From positions 9,932 through 73,931 of the forward strand of contig DASZAB010000134.1 of assembly GCA_035945675.1 (NCBI GenBank): 64,000 bases of DNA, read 5' to 3'. Below, in pieces: positions 18,237 to 26,944 of the stretch; the first letter of the stretch is position 1, and each line of letters opens with the position of its first letter. A program made the translations under genes and the position numbers. The DNA is from Verrucomicrobiia bacterium (GTDB lineage Bacteria; Verrucomicrobiota; Verrucomicrobiia; Limisphaerales; UBA11358). The notes beneath the pieces were generated by a model. It was not told the DNA's origin. It saw nothing but the letters and a program-made list of their open reading frames with translations, and did no database searches.

Positions 18237-20120
18237 GTGGAACGCAATGTTCAAAAACATGGGTTGGTAAATCTGGCCGCCGCGCTGGTGATTTTCCTGG
18301 CCGCATTTGGCGCGACCCTCTACGTGAACTCACAGGCGGGGCAGGCCGCTTCCCTCTTCCTGGGCCTGGGCGTATTGGTGGCGTTTGCGAGCTGGTTCCA
18401 GATGCGGCTCGAGGAGAACGAGCGGCTGGAAAAGCTGGAGGTGGAGGAACTCGCCCGCCGCCGGGGCGAAACCACGCTGTTTGAATCGAAGGACGCGGAG
18501 GTTTTCCCCGCGCAACGCGCCCGCGAACAATTCGAGAAATTTTTTGTGCCGGGCTTCAGCGTGCTGTTGTTGCTGCTGGAGGGCGGCGGCGCGTATCTGC
18601 TCTGGCGCTGGATTTCCCAAACGACCAGCGGCATGGCGCCCGAGCGGGCGATGCCGGCCCTCGCGTTTTTCGGCATTTTCGCGCTGGTGCTGTTCCTGGT
18701 TGGCCGTTTTTCGGTGACCATCGCGCGGCTGGAACAACACCGGCTGCTGCGGCCCGGCGCGAGCTTTTTGCTGGCCGGCGCCTATATTTGTTTTGTGACG
18801 GCCCTCGGCATTGCCGGCGTCAAGACGGAGTTTCCCCGGATTGATGCCTACCTGGCGCGGGCCTTGTGCGTCCTGCTCGGTTTGATGGCGGCGGAGACTT
18901 TCCTGACTTTACTGCTGGAAATTTACCGCCCGCGCGTGAAAGGCAAAGTCGCCCGGCCGCTTTACGACAGCCGGCTCGTCGGCCTGCTGGCCCAGCCGGA
19001 AAGCCTGTTCACCACGGCGGCCCAGGCGCTGGATTATCAATTCGGCTTCAAGGTATCGGAAACGTGGTTTTTCCAGATGCTCCGCCGCAGCCTGCCGGTG
19101 TTGTTCCTGGCACAATTGGCGGCGTTGCTCTTGTCCACGTGCGTGGTGTTCATTGATCCCGGCGAACAGGGTGTGTTGGAGCACTTCGGCCGGCTGGCGG
19201 CCCGGCCCGTCCTGGAACCGGGCGGGCATTTGCTGTGGCCCTGGCCCATTGACAAGGTCCGTCGCTATCGCACCGGCCAGATTCAGACCTTTGAGGTCGG
19301 CTACGTGCCCGATGCCCAAAGCCAGGCAGCCAAAACGCTTTTGTGGAGCGTGGCGCACTACACGACCGAGGTTAATTTCTTGGTCGGCAACCGGCAGCCG
19401 GCCACCCTTACCAATCAAACCGACAACAGCCGCGATCAGGTGAAGATGGCGCCGATCGGGCTGATCGACATCAGTATCCCGATCCAGTATCAGATCACCA
19501 ACGTGCTGGATTGGGCCTACCAAATCGCTAATCCGACCAACCTGCTCAAGGACGTGGCGACCCACGAGGTGGTCCGTTTCCTCGCCGGTTCGGACTTGAA
19601 TTCGGTTCTGTCCGAATCACGGGTGGAGGCGACCCGGCTATTAAGTGAACGCATCCAAAACGACGCGGACCGGCACCGGCTCGGCGTGAAAATCCTCTTT
19701 GTCGGCGTGCAGGACCTGCATCCGCCGGTGAAAGTGGCGGGTGACTATGAAAACGTGGTTGCCGCGGAGCAGGAGCGGATCGCCACAAATAATTTTGCCC
19801 ACGCCGATGCCATCCAAACCAATGCCCTGGCCGACGCGCAGGCGTTTGCTGACGTCAATCAGGCCCAGGCCGTGCGGCAACAGACCGAACTGTCGGCGTT
19901 TGCGCGGGCGGACTTGTTCACCAACCAGATCGCCGCCTACGAAGCCGCGCCGTCGGTTTACCGGCAGCGTGTGTATTTCCAGATGTTCCCCGAAGCCACG
20001 GCCAATTCGCGCAAATACATCCTGCTGGTGACCAACACGCACGATGTGGTCATTTTCGACCTGGAAGACAAAATTCGCGAAGACCTTTTGAACCTGAACG
20101 TCCCCACCAATTCGCCATGA
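18237..20120 (+). CDS. Polytopic membrane protein with a C-terminal SPFH/band-7 (HflK-like) domain
   Basis: GTG start. About 300 aa of TM helices, then an SPFH core (GEQGVLEHFGRL...LLWPWPIDKV...VGVQDLHPP) and a coiled-coil tail. The stop overlaps the next start (ATGA at 20117-20120). Confidence 0.7.
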   Translation: MERNVQKHGLVNLAAALVIFLAAFGATLYVNSQAGQAASLFLGLGVLVAFASWFQMRLEENERLEKLEVEELARRRGETTLFESKDAEVFPAQRAREQFEKFFVPGFSVLLLLLEGGGAYLLWRWISQTTSGMAPERAMPALAFFGIFALVLFLVGRFSVTIARLEQHRLLRPGASFLLAGAYICFVTALGIAGVKTEFPRIDAYLARALCVLLGLMAAETFLTLLLEIYRPRVKGKVARPLYDSRLVGLLAQPESLFTTAAQALDYQFGFKVSETWFFQMLRRSLPVLFLAQLAALLLSTCVVFIDPGEQGVLEHFGRLAARPVLEPGGHLLWPWPIDKVRRYRTGQIQTFEVGYVPDAQSQAAKTLLWSVAHYTTEVNFLVGNRQPATLTNQTDNSRDQVKMAPIGLIDISIPIQYQITNVLDWAYQIANPTNLLKDVATHEVVRFLAGSDLNSVLSESRVEATRLLSERIQNDADRHRLGVKILFVGVQDLHPPVKVAGDYENVVAAEQERIATNNFAHADAIQTNALADAQAFADVNQAQAVRQQTELSAFARADLFTNQIAAYEAAPSVYRQRVYFQMFPEATANSRKYILLVTNTHDVVIFDLEDKIREDLLNLNVPTNSP

Positions 20121-21022
20121 AACGGAACTTCATCACCCTCATCACCGCGGCAGTGCTGATCATTATTTTTGTGCTGCTGCTGTTCACCTTTCAAGTCCGC
20201 TACTCCGAAGTGGCCGTTGTGACGACGTTCGGGCGGATTACCGGTGCGCCGCGCGAGCCCGGACTGCACCTGCGCTGGCCGTGGCCGATTCAACAAGTGT
20301 ATAAATTCGACCAGCGTACCCAGAACTTCGATGACAAGTTCAGCGAGAACCTGACCGGGGACAGTATCACCCTGTTGAGCAGCGTCTATGTCGGCTGGCG
20401 CATTTCGGATCCGGCGGCGTTTTTGAATAGTTTCCGGAACGGCTCCGTGGCCGCGGCCCAAAGCCAGCTGCAAAGCATTCTGACCAGCGCCAAAAGCGCC
20501 GTGGTGGGCAGCAATACCCTCGCCGACTTTGTCAACGCGGACACGAAACAGTTGAGGTTTGATCAAATCCAAAATGAAATCGAACAGATGGTTCAGGACG
20601 AATTGCAGACCAACAGTTATGGCATTCAAGTCGTATTTCTGGGCATTAAACAGCTCGGTCTGCCCGAAAGCGTCACCCAGGCGGTATTCGACCGCATGAA
20701 GGCGGAGCGCAATATCCTCATCAGCCAGGCGCAGAATGAGGGCCAGAAGGAGGCCATTATGATCAGGGCCAATGCCGATCGGCAGGCCAACATCACCCTC
20801 GCCAACGCCCGGGCCGAGGCCACGCGAATTGAAGGCGAGGGCGTGGCGGAAGCGGCCCAAACCCTGCGCATCTTCCAGCAAAATCCCGATCTGGCGGTCT
20901 TCCTTTTGCGCGTCAACGCCCTGCAGCAATCGCTCAACCAAAAATCCACTTTGATCTTCGACCAACGCACGCCGCCGTTTGATTTGTTTCAGGGCATCCC
21001 GACCAATATGCCCGGCCACTGA
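20117..21022 (+). CDS. SPFH/band-7 protein, HflC-like
   Basis: Single N-terminal TM helix, then YSEVAVVTTFGRI...LHLRWPWPIQQV...GIKQLGLPESV and an Ala/Gln-rich coiled coil, as in HflC. Confidence 0.75.
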   Translation: MKRNFITLITAAVLIIIFVLLLFTFQVRYSEVAVVTTFGRITGAPREPGLHLRWPWPIQQVYKFDQRTQNFDDKFSENLTGDSITLLSSVYVGWRISDPAAFLNSFRNGSVAAAQSQLQSILTSAKSAVVGSNTLADFVNADTKQLRFDQIQNEIEQMVQDELQTNSYGIQVVFLGIKQLGLPESVTQAVFDRMKAERNILISQAQNEGQKEAIMIRANADRQANITLANARAEATRIEGEGVAEAAQTLRIFQQNPDLAVFLLRVNALQQSLNQKSTLIFDQRTPPFDLFQGIPTNMPGH

Positions 21023-21024
21023 CC

Positions 21025-22140
21025 ATGAGTGACGAACACGACCATCACGATCACGCGCATGAACCCCGCGCGACCGCGCCGACTCCGCTGACTCCGGCGG
21101 CGCCGGAGGACGCCGGTTCGCAGGCACTGGCTGAGGCTTTGCGCAGCAGCTTTGCCATCGTCAAATTTGTCATGGTGGTATTGGTGGTGATTTTCTTCGG
21201 TTCCGGTTTTTTCCAGGTCGGCCCCCAGGAAAAGGCGATCATTTTGCGTTTCGGCAAGCCGGTCGGCCAGGGAACGCAGGCGTTGTTAGGACCCGGATTG
21301 CACTGGTCGTTTCCCTATCCGATTGATGAAGTGGTCAAAATTCCGATTACGGAAATCCAAAAGGTTACCTCCAACATCGGCTGGTATGCGGTGACGCCGG
21401 AACAGGAATTGAGCGGCAACCTGCCGCCGCCCGGACCTTCCCTGACGCCAGGCGTTGACGGATATGTGATTACCGCCGACCGTAACATCCTGCATGTGCG
21501 CGCCACGCTTTATTATCAGGTGGACAATCCCATCCGTTACGCCCTGGAATTTGTCTCGGCTTCCAATACCGTCCAGAACGCGCTGGACAACGCGCTGTTG
21601 GAGACCGCCGCGCACTTCAAGGTGGATGACATCCTTTACTACGACTTTGCCGCGTTCAAGGACGCCGTCGAACTGCGCGTCAGCACACTCGCCGACGCGG
21701 AACGGCTGGGCATCACCATCAAACAATGCACGGTGGACAAGACGCCACCGCGGCAGTTGGCGGACATTTTTGCCAGGGTTACGGAAGCGCGTCAGAACCA
21801 GACCCGGGTGCTCGACGAGGCGCACTCTTACGAAAACGGCGCCACCAACAGCGCCGCCGCGCAGGCGGCCGCCATCCTCAACGAAGCCATCTACGCACGC
21901 TCCAATTATGTCGCCGCCGTCCAGGCCGACGCCCGGGCCTTCACCGCGCTGCTGCCCAATTACCGGATTAATCCGGGATTGTTTGAGCAGCAGGAACTGG
22001 TGCAAACGCTGGGCGCAGCGTTGACGAACGCGAATTTCAAGGCCTATTTGCCGACCTCGGCCAATGGCGAACCGGTCGAATTGAGGTTAATGTTGAACCG
22101 TGAACCGCCGGGGCCGAAAACGGGCGCGGCGGGCGAGTAA
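21025..22140 (+). CDS. SPFH/band-7 protein, HflK-like
   Basis: Disordered His-rich N-terminus, one TM helix, then VGPQEKAIILRFGKPV...GLHWSFPYPIDEV and a coiled coil. Starts 3 nt after the previous stop. Confidence 0.75.
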   Translation: MSDEHDHHDHAHEPRATAPTPLTPAAPEDAGSQALAEALRSSFAIVKFVMVVLVVIFFGSGFFQVGPQEKAIILRFGKPVGQGTQALLGPGLHWSFPYPIDEVVKIPITEIQKVTSNIGWYAVTPEQELSGNLPPPGPSLTPGVDGYVITADRNILHVRATLYYQVDNPIRYALEFVSASNTVQNALDNALLETAAHFKVDDILYYDFAAFKDAVELRVSTLADAERLGITIKQCTVDKTPPRQLADIFARVTEARQNQTRVLDEAHSYENGATNSAAAQAAAILNEAIYARSNYVAAVQADARAFTALLPNYRINPGLFEQQELVQTLGAALTNANFKAYLPTSANGEPVELRLMLNREPPGPKTGAAGE

Positions 22141-22171
22141 AATGATAAATTTGGCGTAGCGCGATAGCGCC

Positions 22172-22198
22172 CCGGGCGGCGGTCGCCGCCGGCGTTTT
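22172..22198 (+). terminator. Possible intrinsic terminator after the SPFH operon
   Basis: GC stem GGCGGC-gGTC-GCCGCC (22175-22190), followed by GGCGTTTT. The T-tract is short and displaced from the stem. Confidence 0.35.
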
Positions 22199-22226
22199 AA
22201 AATCGTAAATTATAAATCGTAAATCG
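22199..22226 (+). repeat. AATCGTAAAT-type leader element directly upstream of the P1B ATPase start codon
   Basis: AAAATCGTAAATTATAAATCGTAAATCGgtATG. The same motif in the same gene-relative orientation lies at 34387-34412 and 52858-52890. Confidence 0.7.
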
Positions 22227-22228
22227 GT

Positions 22229-24220
22229 ATGCAGGTCACATCACTTTTGAGCCACCACGAACATGGGCACGAACACGAAGCCGGGTCCGGCCACGACCAT
22301 GAACATTCGGTAACGCATTTGTGGCAGGCCATTGTCGGCGTTGTGCTCGTCATCAATGCCTATGTGGTGGACTGGCTGTTTGCGCAGGGCAGCGGCGTGG
22401 CCAGCGCCAGCGCCTGCCTCGGCTCAATTATTCTGGGCTATCCCATCGTCGTCACCGCCATCAAGGATTTGCGTGTCGGCCGCCTCAGCATCAACGAATT
22501 GGTGGCCATCGCCGTGCTCGCCGCGTTCGCGTCGGGGAATTACAAAATTGCCGGTGTCGTTGCCTTCTTCATGCTCACCGGTGAAATCATTGAATCCCGC
22601 ACCGCCGAAGGCGCGCGCCTGTCCATCGAATCACTCATCAAACTCACGCCCACCCGGGCGCGCCGACTCAAACCCGACGGCAGCGAAGAGGAAGTGGCCG
22701 CCAGCGAACTGGCCGTCGGCGACCTCATCCGCATCCGTCCGGGAGACAACGTGGCGGCGGACGGCGTCATTCAGAGCGGCCAGGGTTCATTCAATGAGGC
22801 CACCATCACCGGCGAATCGCTCCCGGCGGACAAGAAGGCGGGTGACGACGTTTTTGCCGGCACGCAAAACCTGACCGGGGTGCTGGAGATCAAGGTCAGC
22901 CGCGCCGGCCGGGACACGACCCTGGGCCGGGTGCGCGAACTGATTCTGGCGGCGGAGAAAACCAAGCTGCCCATCATGAAAATCGTGGACCAGTACATGG
23001 GCTTTTACACACCGCTCGTGCTGGTCATCGGCGCCCTCGTCTGGGCGTTCACCCACGATTTGAACCGCGTCATTGCCGTGTTTGTGGTGTCCTGCCCGTG
23101 TGCCTTCATCCTGGCGACGCCGACGGCGATGGTCGCCGCGCTCTCGGCCGCCGCGCGTTTGGGTATTTTGATCAAAAACGTTGCCGATATTGAACTGGCC
23201 GCCCGGATCAACGCCTTCGTTTTTGACAAGACCGGCACGCTGACCACCGGCCAACTCGCTGTCAGCCGCCTGGCCCCGGCCGCCGAAGTCAAACCCGCTG
23301 AACTGCTGCGCCTGGCGGCGTCCGCCGAAAAGTACAGCAATCACCCGACCGCCAAGGCGCTCGCGCAACTGGCGAATGAAGCCAGCGTGCCGCTCATCGA
23401 ACCCCAGGATTTCAGCGAAGCCGCCGGCCGCGGTGTCAAGGCGCAGGTCAATGGTTCCACCGTGCTCGTCGGGCGCGCCCAATGGCTTAAGGACAACGGC
23501 GTGACGGAGGATTTTCTCAAATCCGTTGACCTGAACGAAACCGAAGGGTGGAGTTTGATTTTTGTGGCCCGCGACCATCACTGCGTCGGCTGGGTCGGTT
23601 TGCAGGACAAAACCCGCGCCGAAGCCAGGGAATCGCTCGCTGACTTGAAGGAGAGTGGTGTCCGCCGCGTGGCGATGATTTCCGGCGACCGCCAGCCGGT
23701 GGTGACGCGGGTGGCCGCTGAAATCGGCTGCGAAGAGGCGAAAGGCGATTGTTTGCCGCAGAACAAAGTCGAATTCGTCCGCGGCATGAAGGCGCGGGGT
23801 TATCGCGTGGCGGTGGTCGGCGACGGTGTCAACGACGCGCCGGCGCTGGCGGCGGGCGACATCGGCATTGCCATGGGCGCGGCGGGCAGCGAAGTGGCCA
23901 TCCACACCGCGACCATTGCGCTGATGAACAATGACCTGCGCCGGCTGCCGTTCCTGGTAAAGCTTTCGCGCAGCACCCGCGCCGTCATCAACCAGAACTT
24001 CCTGTTCGGCCTGTTGTTCATCGTGGTCGGCCTGACGGTCACGTCGCTCGGCTATATCGGCCCGATTCCCGCGGCCATTCTACACAACGTCGGTTCGCTG
24101 ATTGTGATTTTCAACAGCGCCCGGCTCGTGCGCAAAGGCGAGGAACTGGAGCATTTCCAGCCCGAACCGACTGCACCGCCGCGCGCCCCGACCGGTCAAT
24201 TAACGCCGAAGATGGCGTAA
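22229..24220 (+). CDS. P1B-type heavy-metal (Zn/Cd/Co-type) translocating ATPase
   Basis: His-rich N-terminus HHEHGHEHEAGSGHDHEH. CPC motif in VSCPCAFILATP. DKTGTLT phosphorylation site. GDGVNDAPAL hinge. Confidence 0.9.
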   Translation: MQVTSLLSHHEHGHEHEAGSGHDHEHSVTHLWQAIVGVVLVINAYVVDWLFAQGSGVASASACLGSIILGYPIVVTAIKDLRVGRLSINELVAIAVLAAFASGNYKIAGVVAFFMLTGEIIESRTAEGARLSIESLIKLTPTRARRLKPDGSEEEVAASELAVGDLIRIRPGDNVAADGVIQSGQGSFNEATITGESLPADKKAGDDVFAGTQNLTGVLEIKVSRAGRDTTLGRVRELILAAEKTKLPIMKIVDQYMGFYTPLVLVIGALVWAFTHDLNRVIAVFVVSCPCAFILATPTAMVAALSAAARLGILIKNVADIELAARINAFVFDKTGTLTTGQLAVSRLAPAAEVKPAELLRLAASAEKYSNHPTAKALAQLANEASVPLIEPQDFSEAAGRGVKAQVNGSTVLVGRAQWLKDNGVTEDFLKSVDLNETEGWSLIFVARDHHCVGWVGLQDKTRAEARESLADLKESGVRRVAMISGDRQPVVTRVAAEIGCEEAKGDCLPQNKVEFVRGMKARGYRVAVVGDGVNDAPALAAGDIGIAMGAAGSEVAIHTATIALMNNDLRRLPFLVKLSRSTRAVINQNFLFGLLFIVVGLTVTSLGYIGPIPAAILHNVGSLIVIFNSARLVRKGEELEHFQPEPTAPPRAPTGQLTPKMA

Positions 24221-24237
24221 CGCGGTAATGCCCGCTT

Positions 24238-25458
24238 TTGTATATGCCCGTTGCTGAATTAAATCCGCAATCGCCGGTTGCCAATTCGAAATCGCCAGAG
24301 GTTGTCGTGTCCGTGCGCGGGTTGACGAAAATCTTCAAGGATTTCTGGAACCGCCCGAAGGCCCGCGCCGTGGACAATGTGGATTTTGAAGTGCGCCGGG
24401 GCGAGGTGTTCGGCCTGCTCGGTCCAAACGGCTCCGGCAAGTCCACGACGGTGAAGTTGATTCTGGGCCTGTTGTATCCGACGAAGGGGCACATCGAGGT
24501 CTTCGGCCATTCGCCGCGGCACGTGCAGACCAAATCCCGCATCGGTTATCTGCCGGAGGAATCGTACCTCTATCGCTATCTCAACTCGCGCGAGACGCTG
24601 GACTTTTTTGGGAACCTGTTTCAGCTGGCCCGGGGTGAGCGCAATAACCGCACCGAACAACTGCTGGAAATGGTCGGGCTGGGCAAGGTCCAGACGCGCG
24701 TGGTCGGCGAATTTTCCAAGGGCATGCAGCGCCGCATCGGCCTGGCCCAGGCGCTGATCAACGATCCCGACCTGGTGATTCTCGATGAACCGACCGCCGG
24801 CCTCGACCCGATTGGCTGCCGCGAAGTGAAGGATTTGATTCTCGCGCTGGCGCGCCGCGGCAAGACGGTGCTCCTGAGCAGCCATCTGCTCGCGGATGTG
24901 GAGGACGTCTGTGACCGCGTGGTGATTTACTACGGCGGCAAAATCCAGGCCATGGGCACGCTCAAGGAACTGCTCGCCAAGCCGGACACCCTGCGCATCA
25001 CGACGCCGGTCCTGCCGCGCGAAACCCTGGAGCGCGTCCTGGATATCATCCGCCGGGACACCGCCGCCGACAAGGTGCGCGTGGACAACCCGACGCAAAA
25101 TCTGGAGAGCTATTTTCTCGATGTGGTGCAACGGGCCCGCCAGGCCGCCGCTGAAACGAGCGGCGCGATTTCCGGTGCGCGGGTGGCGGCGTATTTGCGC
25201 GCGGGCGCCCAGGAACAACCGCCGGCCGCGGAAAAAATCCTGGAACGCCTCACCTTGCCGGAAACCGCCCGACCGGTGGCCGAACTGCCGCCGGCTTCCC
25301 GGACCGAACCGGCCGTGAACGAACAAAAACTCGACATTCTGACCAAAGCGGAGGAAGCGCCCGCGTCGCCCGCCAAACCGGATGCCGTCAAGGCAGAGCC
25401 GGCGGATTTGACCAAAGCGGACGAGAAACTTTCGTCGCTGCTGGGAAACAAAGAGTGA
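24238..25458 (+). CDS. ABC transporter ATP-binding protein with a ~100 aa low-complexity C-terminal tail
   Basis: Walker A GPNGSGKST. Signature-like FSKGMQRR. Walker B LVILDEPTAGLD. H-loop SSHLL. Confidence 0.9.
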   Translation: MYMPVAELNPQSPVANSKSPEVVVSVRGLTKIFKDFWNRPKARAVDNVDFEVRRGEVFGLLGPNGSGKSTTVKLILGLLYPTKGHIEVFGHSPRHVQTKSRIGYLPEESYLYRYLNSRETLDFFGNLFQLARGERNNRTEQLLEMVGLGKVQTRVVGEFSKGMQRRIGLAQALINDPDLVILDEPTAGLDPIGCREVKDLILALARRGKTVLLSSHLLADVEDVCDRVVIYYGGKIQAMGTLKELLAKPDTLRITTPVLPRETLERVLDIIRRDTAADKVRVDNPTQNLESYFLDVVQRARQAAAETSGAISGARVAAYLRAGAQEQPPAAEKILERLTLPETARPVAELPPASRTEPAVNEQKLDILTKAEEAPASPAKPDAVKAEPADLTKADEKLSSLLGNKE

Positions 25459-25464
25459 TTTCAG

Positions 25465-25546
25465 CCACAGATTGACACACATGACGCAGATGAAGAAGTG
25501 GTTTGGTCGCGAAAATAAGTCTGTGTGGATCAGTATTCATAGGTGG
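25465..25546. repeat. Inverted-repeat element between the ABC ATPase and permease genes
   Basis: Arm CCACAGATTGACACACA pairs with arm TGTGTGGATCAGTATTCATAGGTGG (imperfect) around a ~40-nt loop. Confidence 0.55.
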
Positions 25547-25558
25547 CATTAACTTGAA

Positions 25559-26944
25559 ATGCAAAAGATTCTGGCCATCACCTGGTTGACCTGGAAAGCC
25601 GCGTTCCGTTTCCGGCTGTTTCTGGTCGTGGCGGTGCTGTTACTGGCGGCGGTCGTCGGGTTGCCGTTGGTGCTCAAGGACGACGGCACCGCGCGCGGGT
25701 TCACGCAAATCTTAATCACCTACACTTTAAGCGTCATCACCGCGTTGCTCGGCCTTTCGACGCTCTGGCTTTCCTGCGGCACGCTGGCGCGGGACATTGA
25801 GGAATGCCAGATTCAAGTGGTGGCGACCAAGCCGGTGGCACGCTGGCAAATCTGGCTCGGCAAATGGCTGGGCATCGTGTCGCTCAACGCGACGTTGCTG
25901 GTGTTGTCGGGGGCGTGCGTGTACGGCCTGCTGCAATGGCGCGCCACCCGGTTGCCGGCGGCCGAACAGGAAATTTTGCGCACGCAGGTGCTCGTGGCGC
26001 GCGGGCTGGCGCAGCCGCCGGATTACAACGCGGAAATTGACGCCCGCACAGAGCAACTATTGCAGGAACGCCTGAAACAGACCCAAATTTCAGGCGCGGA
26101 CCTGGCTTTGGCGCGGCAACAAATCCGCGAGCAGGTCAAGGCGTACTTTCAACTGGTGCCGCCGCAGTACACCCGCGAATGGCAGATAAATCTGGGGTTC
26201 GCCAAAAATTTCCTGCGCGGCAAGCCGCTGCAATTGCGCGTGAAATTCAACACCGCGCAAATCGGCCTGTCCGGCACCTTTGTTGGCCAGTGGCGCGTTG
26301 GCGAGCCGGGAACGGCAAACGCCTGGTATAGCGGACCGATGAGCCTGTCGCCGAACGCTTATCATGAATTTGAAATCCCGGCGGACCTTTTCGACAGCCA
26401 GGGCGTGCTGACGATCGATTTTTTGAATGCCAACAACACGACCCTCCTGTTTCCCATCGCGGACGGGATGGCGGTGTTATATCCCGAGGGCGGTTTCACG
26501 CTGAATTTCGCCCGCGGACTGGGGATCCTCTTTTGCTGGATGGCATTGTTGGCGGCGATTGGACTGGCCTCGGCCAGCTTCCTGTCGTTTCCGGTCGCCA
26601 CGTTTTTTTCGCTGGCGCTTTTGGTGGTCGTGTTTTCCAGCGGTACCTTGTCTGACGCGGTGGCCAACGGCACAATCACGGGCGTCAATGAAGAAACCGG
26701 CACGGCGGGACATTTCATCGCCGATTTTGTGCTCATCCCGGCTTTCCAGGGAATTGTCGCCGTCGTCAACGTCGTGAAGAATTTTTCGCCGATTGATTCG
26801 CTGAGCACCGGTCGCGCCATTTCGTGGGGCGAACTGGGCGCGGCGTTTGGACAGATTGTGCTCCTGTTCGGCGGTGTCATCAGTGCGATTGGCATCAGTT
26901 TGTTTGCGCGGCGCGAACTGGCCACCGCGCAGGGAAACCAATGA
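25559..26944 (+). CDS. ABC-2-like permease with a large extracytoplasmic loop
   Basis: TM helices at both ends. LARDIEECQIQVVATKPVARWQIWLGKWLG parallels the motif in the 17171-18133 protein. The stop overlaps the next start (ATGA at 26941). Confidence 0.65.
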   Translation: MQKILAITWLTWKAAFRFRLFLVVAVLLLAAVVGLPLVLKDDGTARGFTQILITYTLSVITALLGLSTLWLSCGTLARDIEECQIQVVATKPVARWQIWLGKWLGIVSLNATLLVLSGACVYGLLQWRATRLPAAEQEILRTQVLVARGLAQPPDYNAEIDARTEQLLQERLKQTQISGADLALARQQIREQVKAYFQLVPPQYTREWQINLGFAKNFLRGKPLQLRVKFNTAQIGLSGTFVGQWRVGEPGTANAWYSGPMSLSPNAYHEFEIPADLFDSQGVLTIDFLNANNTTLLFPIADGMAVLYPEGGFTLNFARGLGILFCWMALLAAIGLASASFLSFPVATFFSLALLVVVFSSGTLSDAVANGTITGVNEETGTAGHFIADFVLIPAFQGIVAVVNVVKNFSPIDSLSTGRAISWGELGAAFGQIVLLFGGVISAIGISLFARRELATAQGNQ

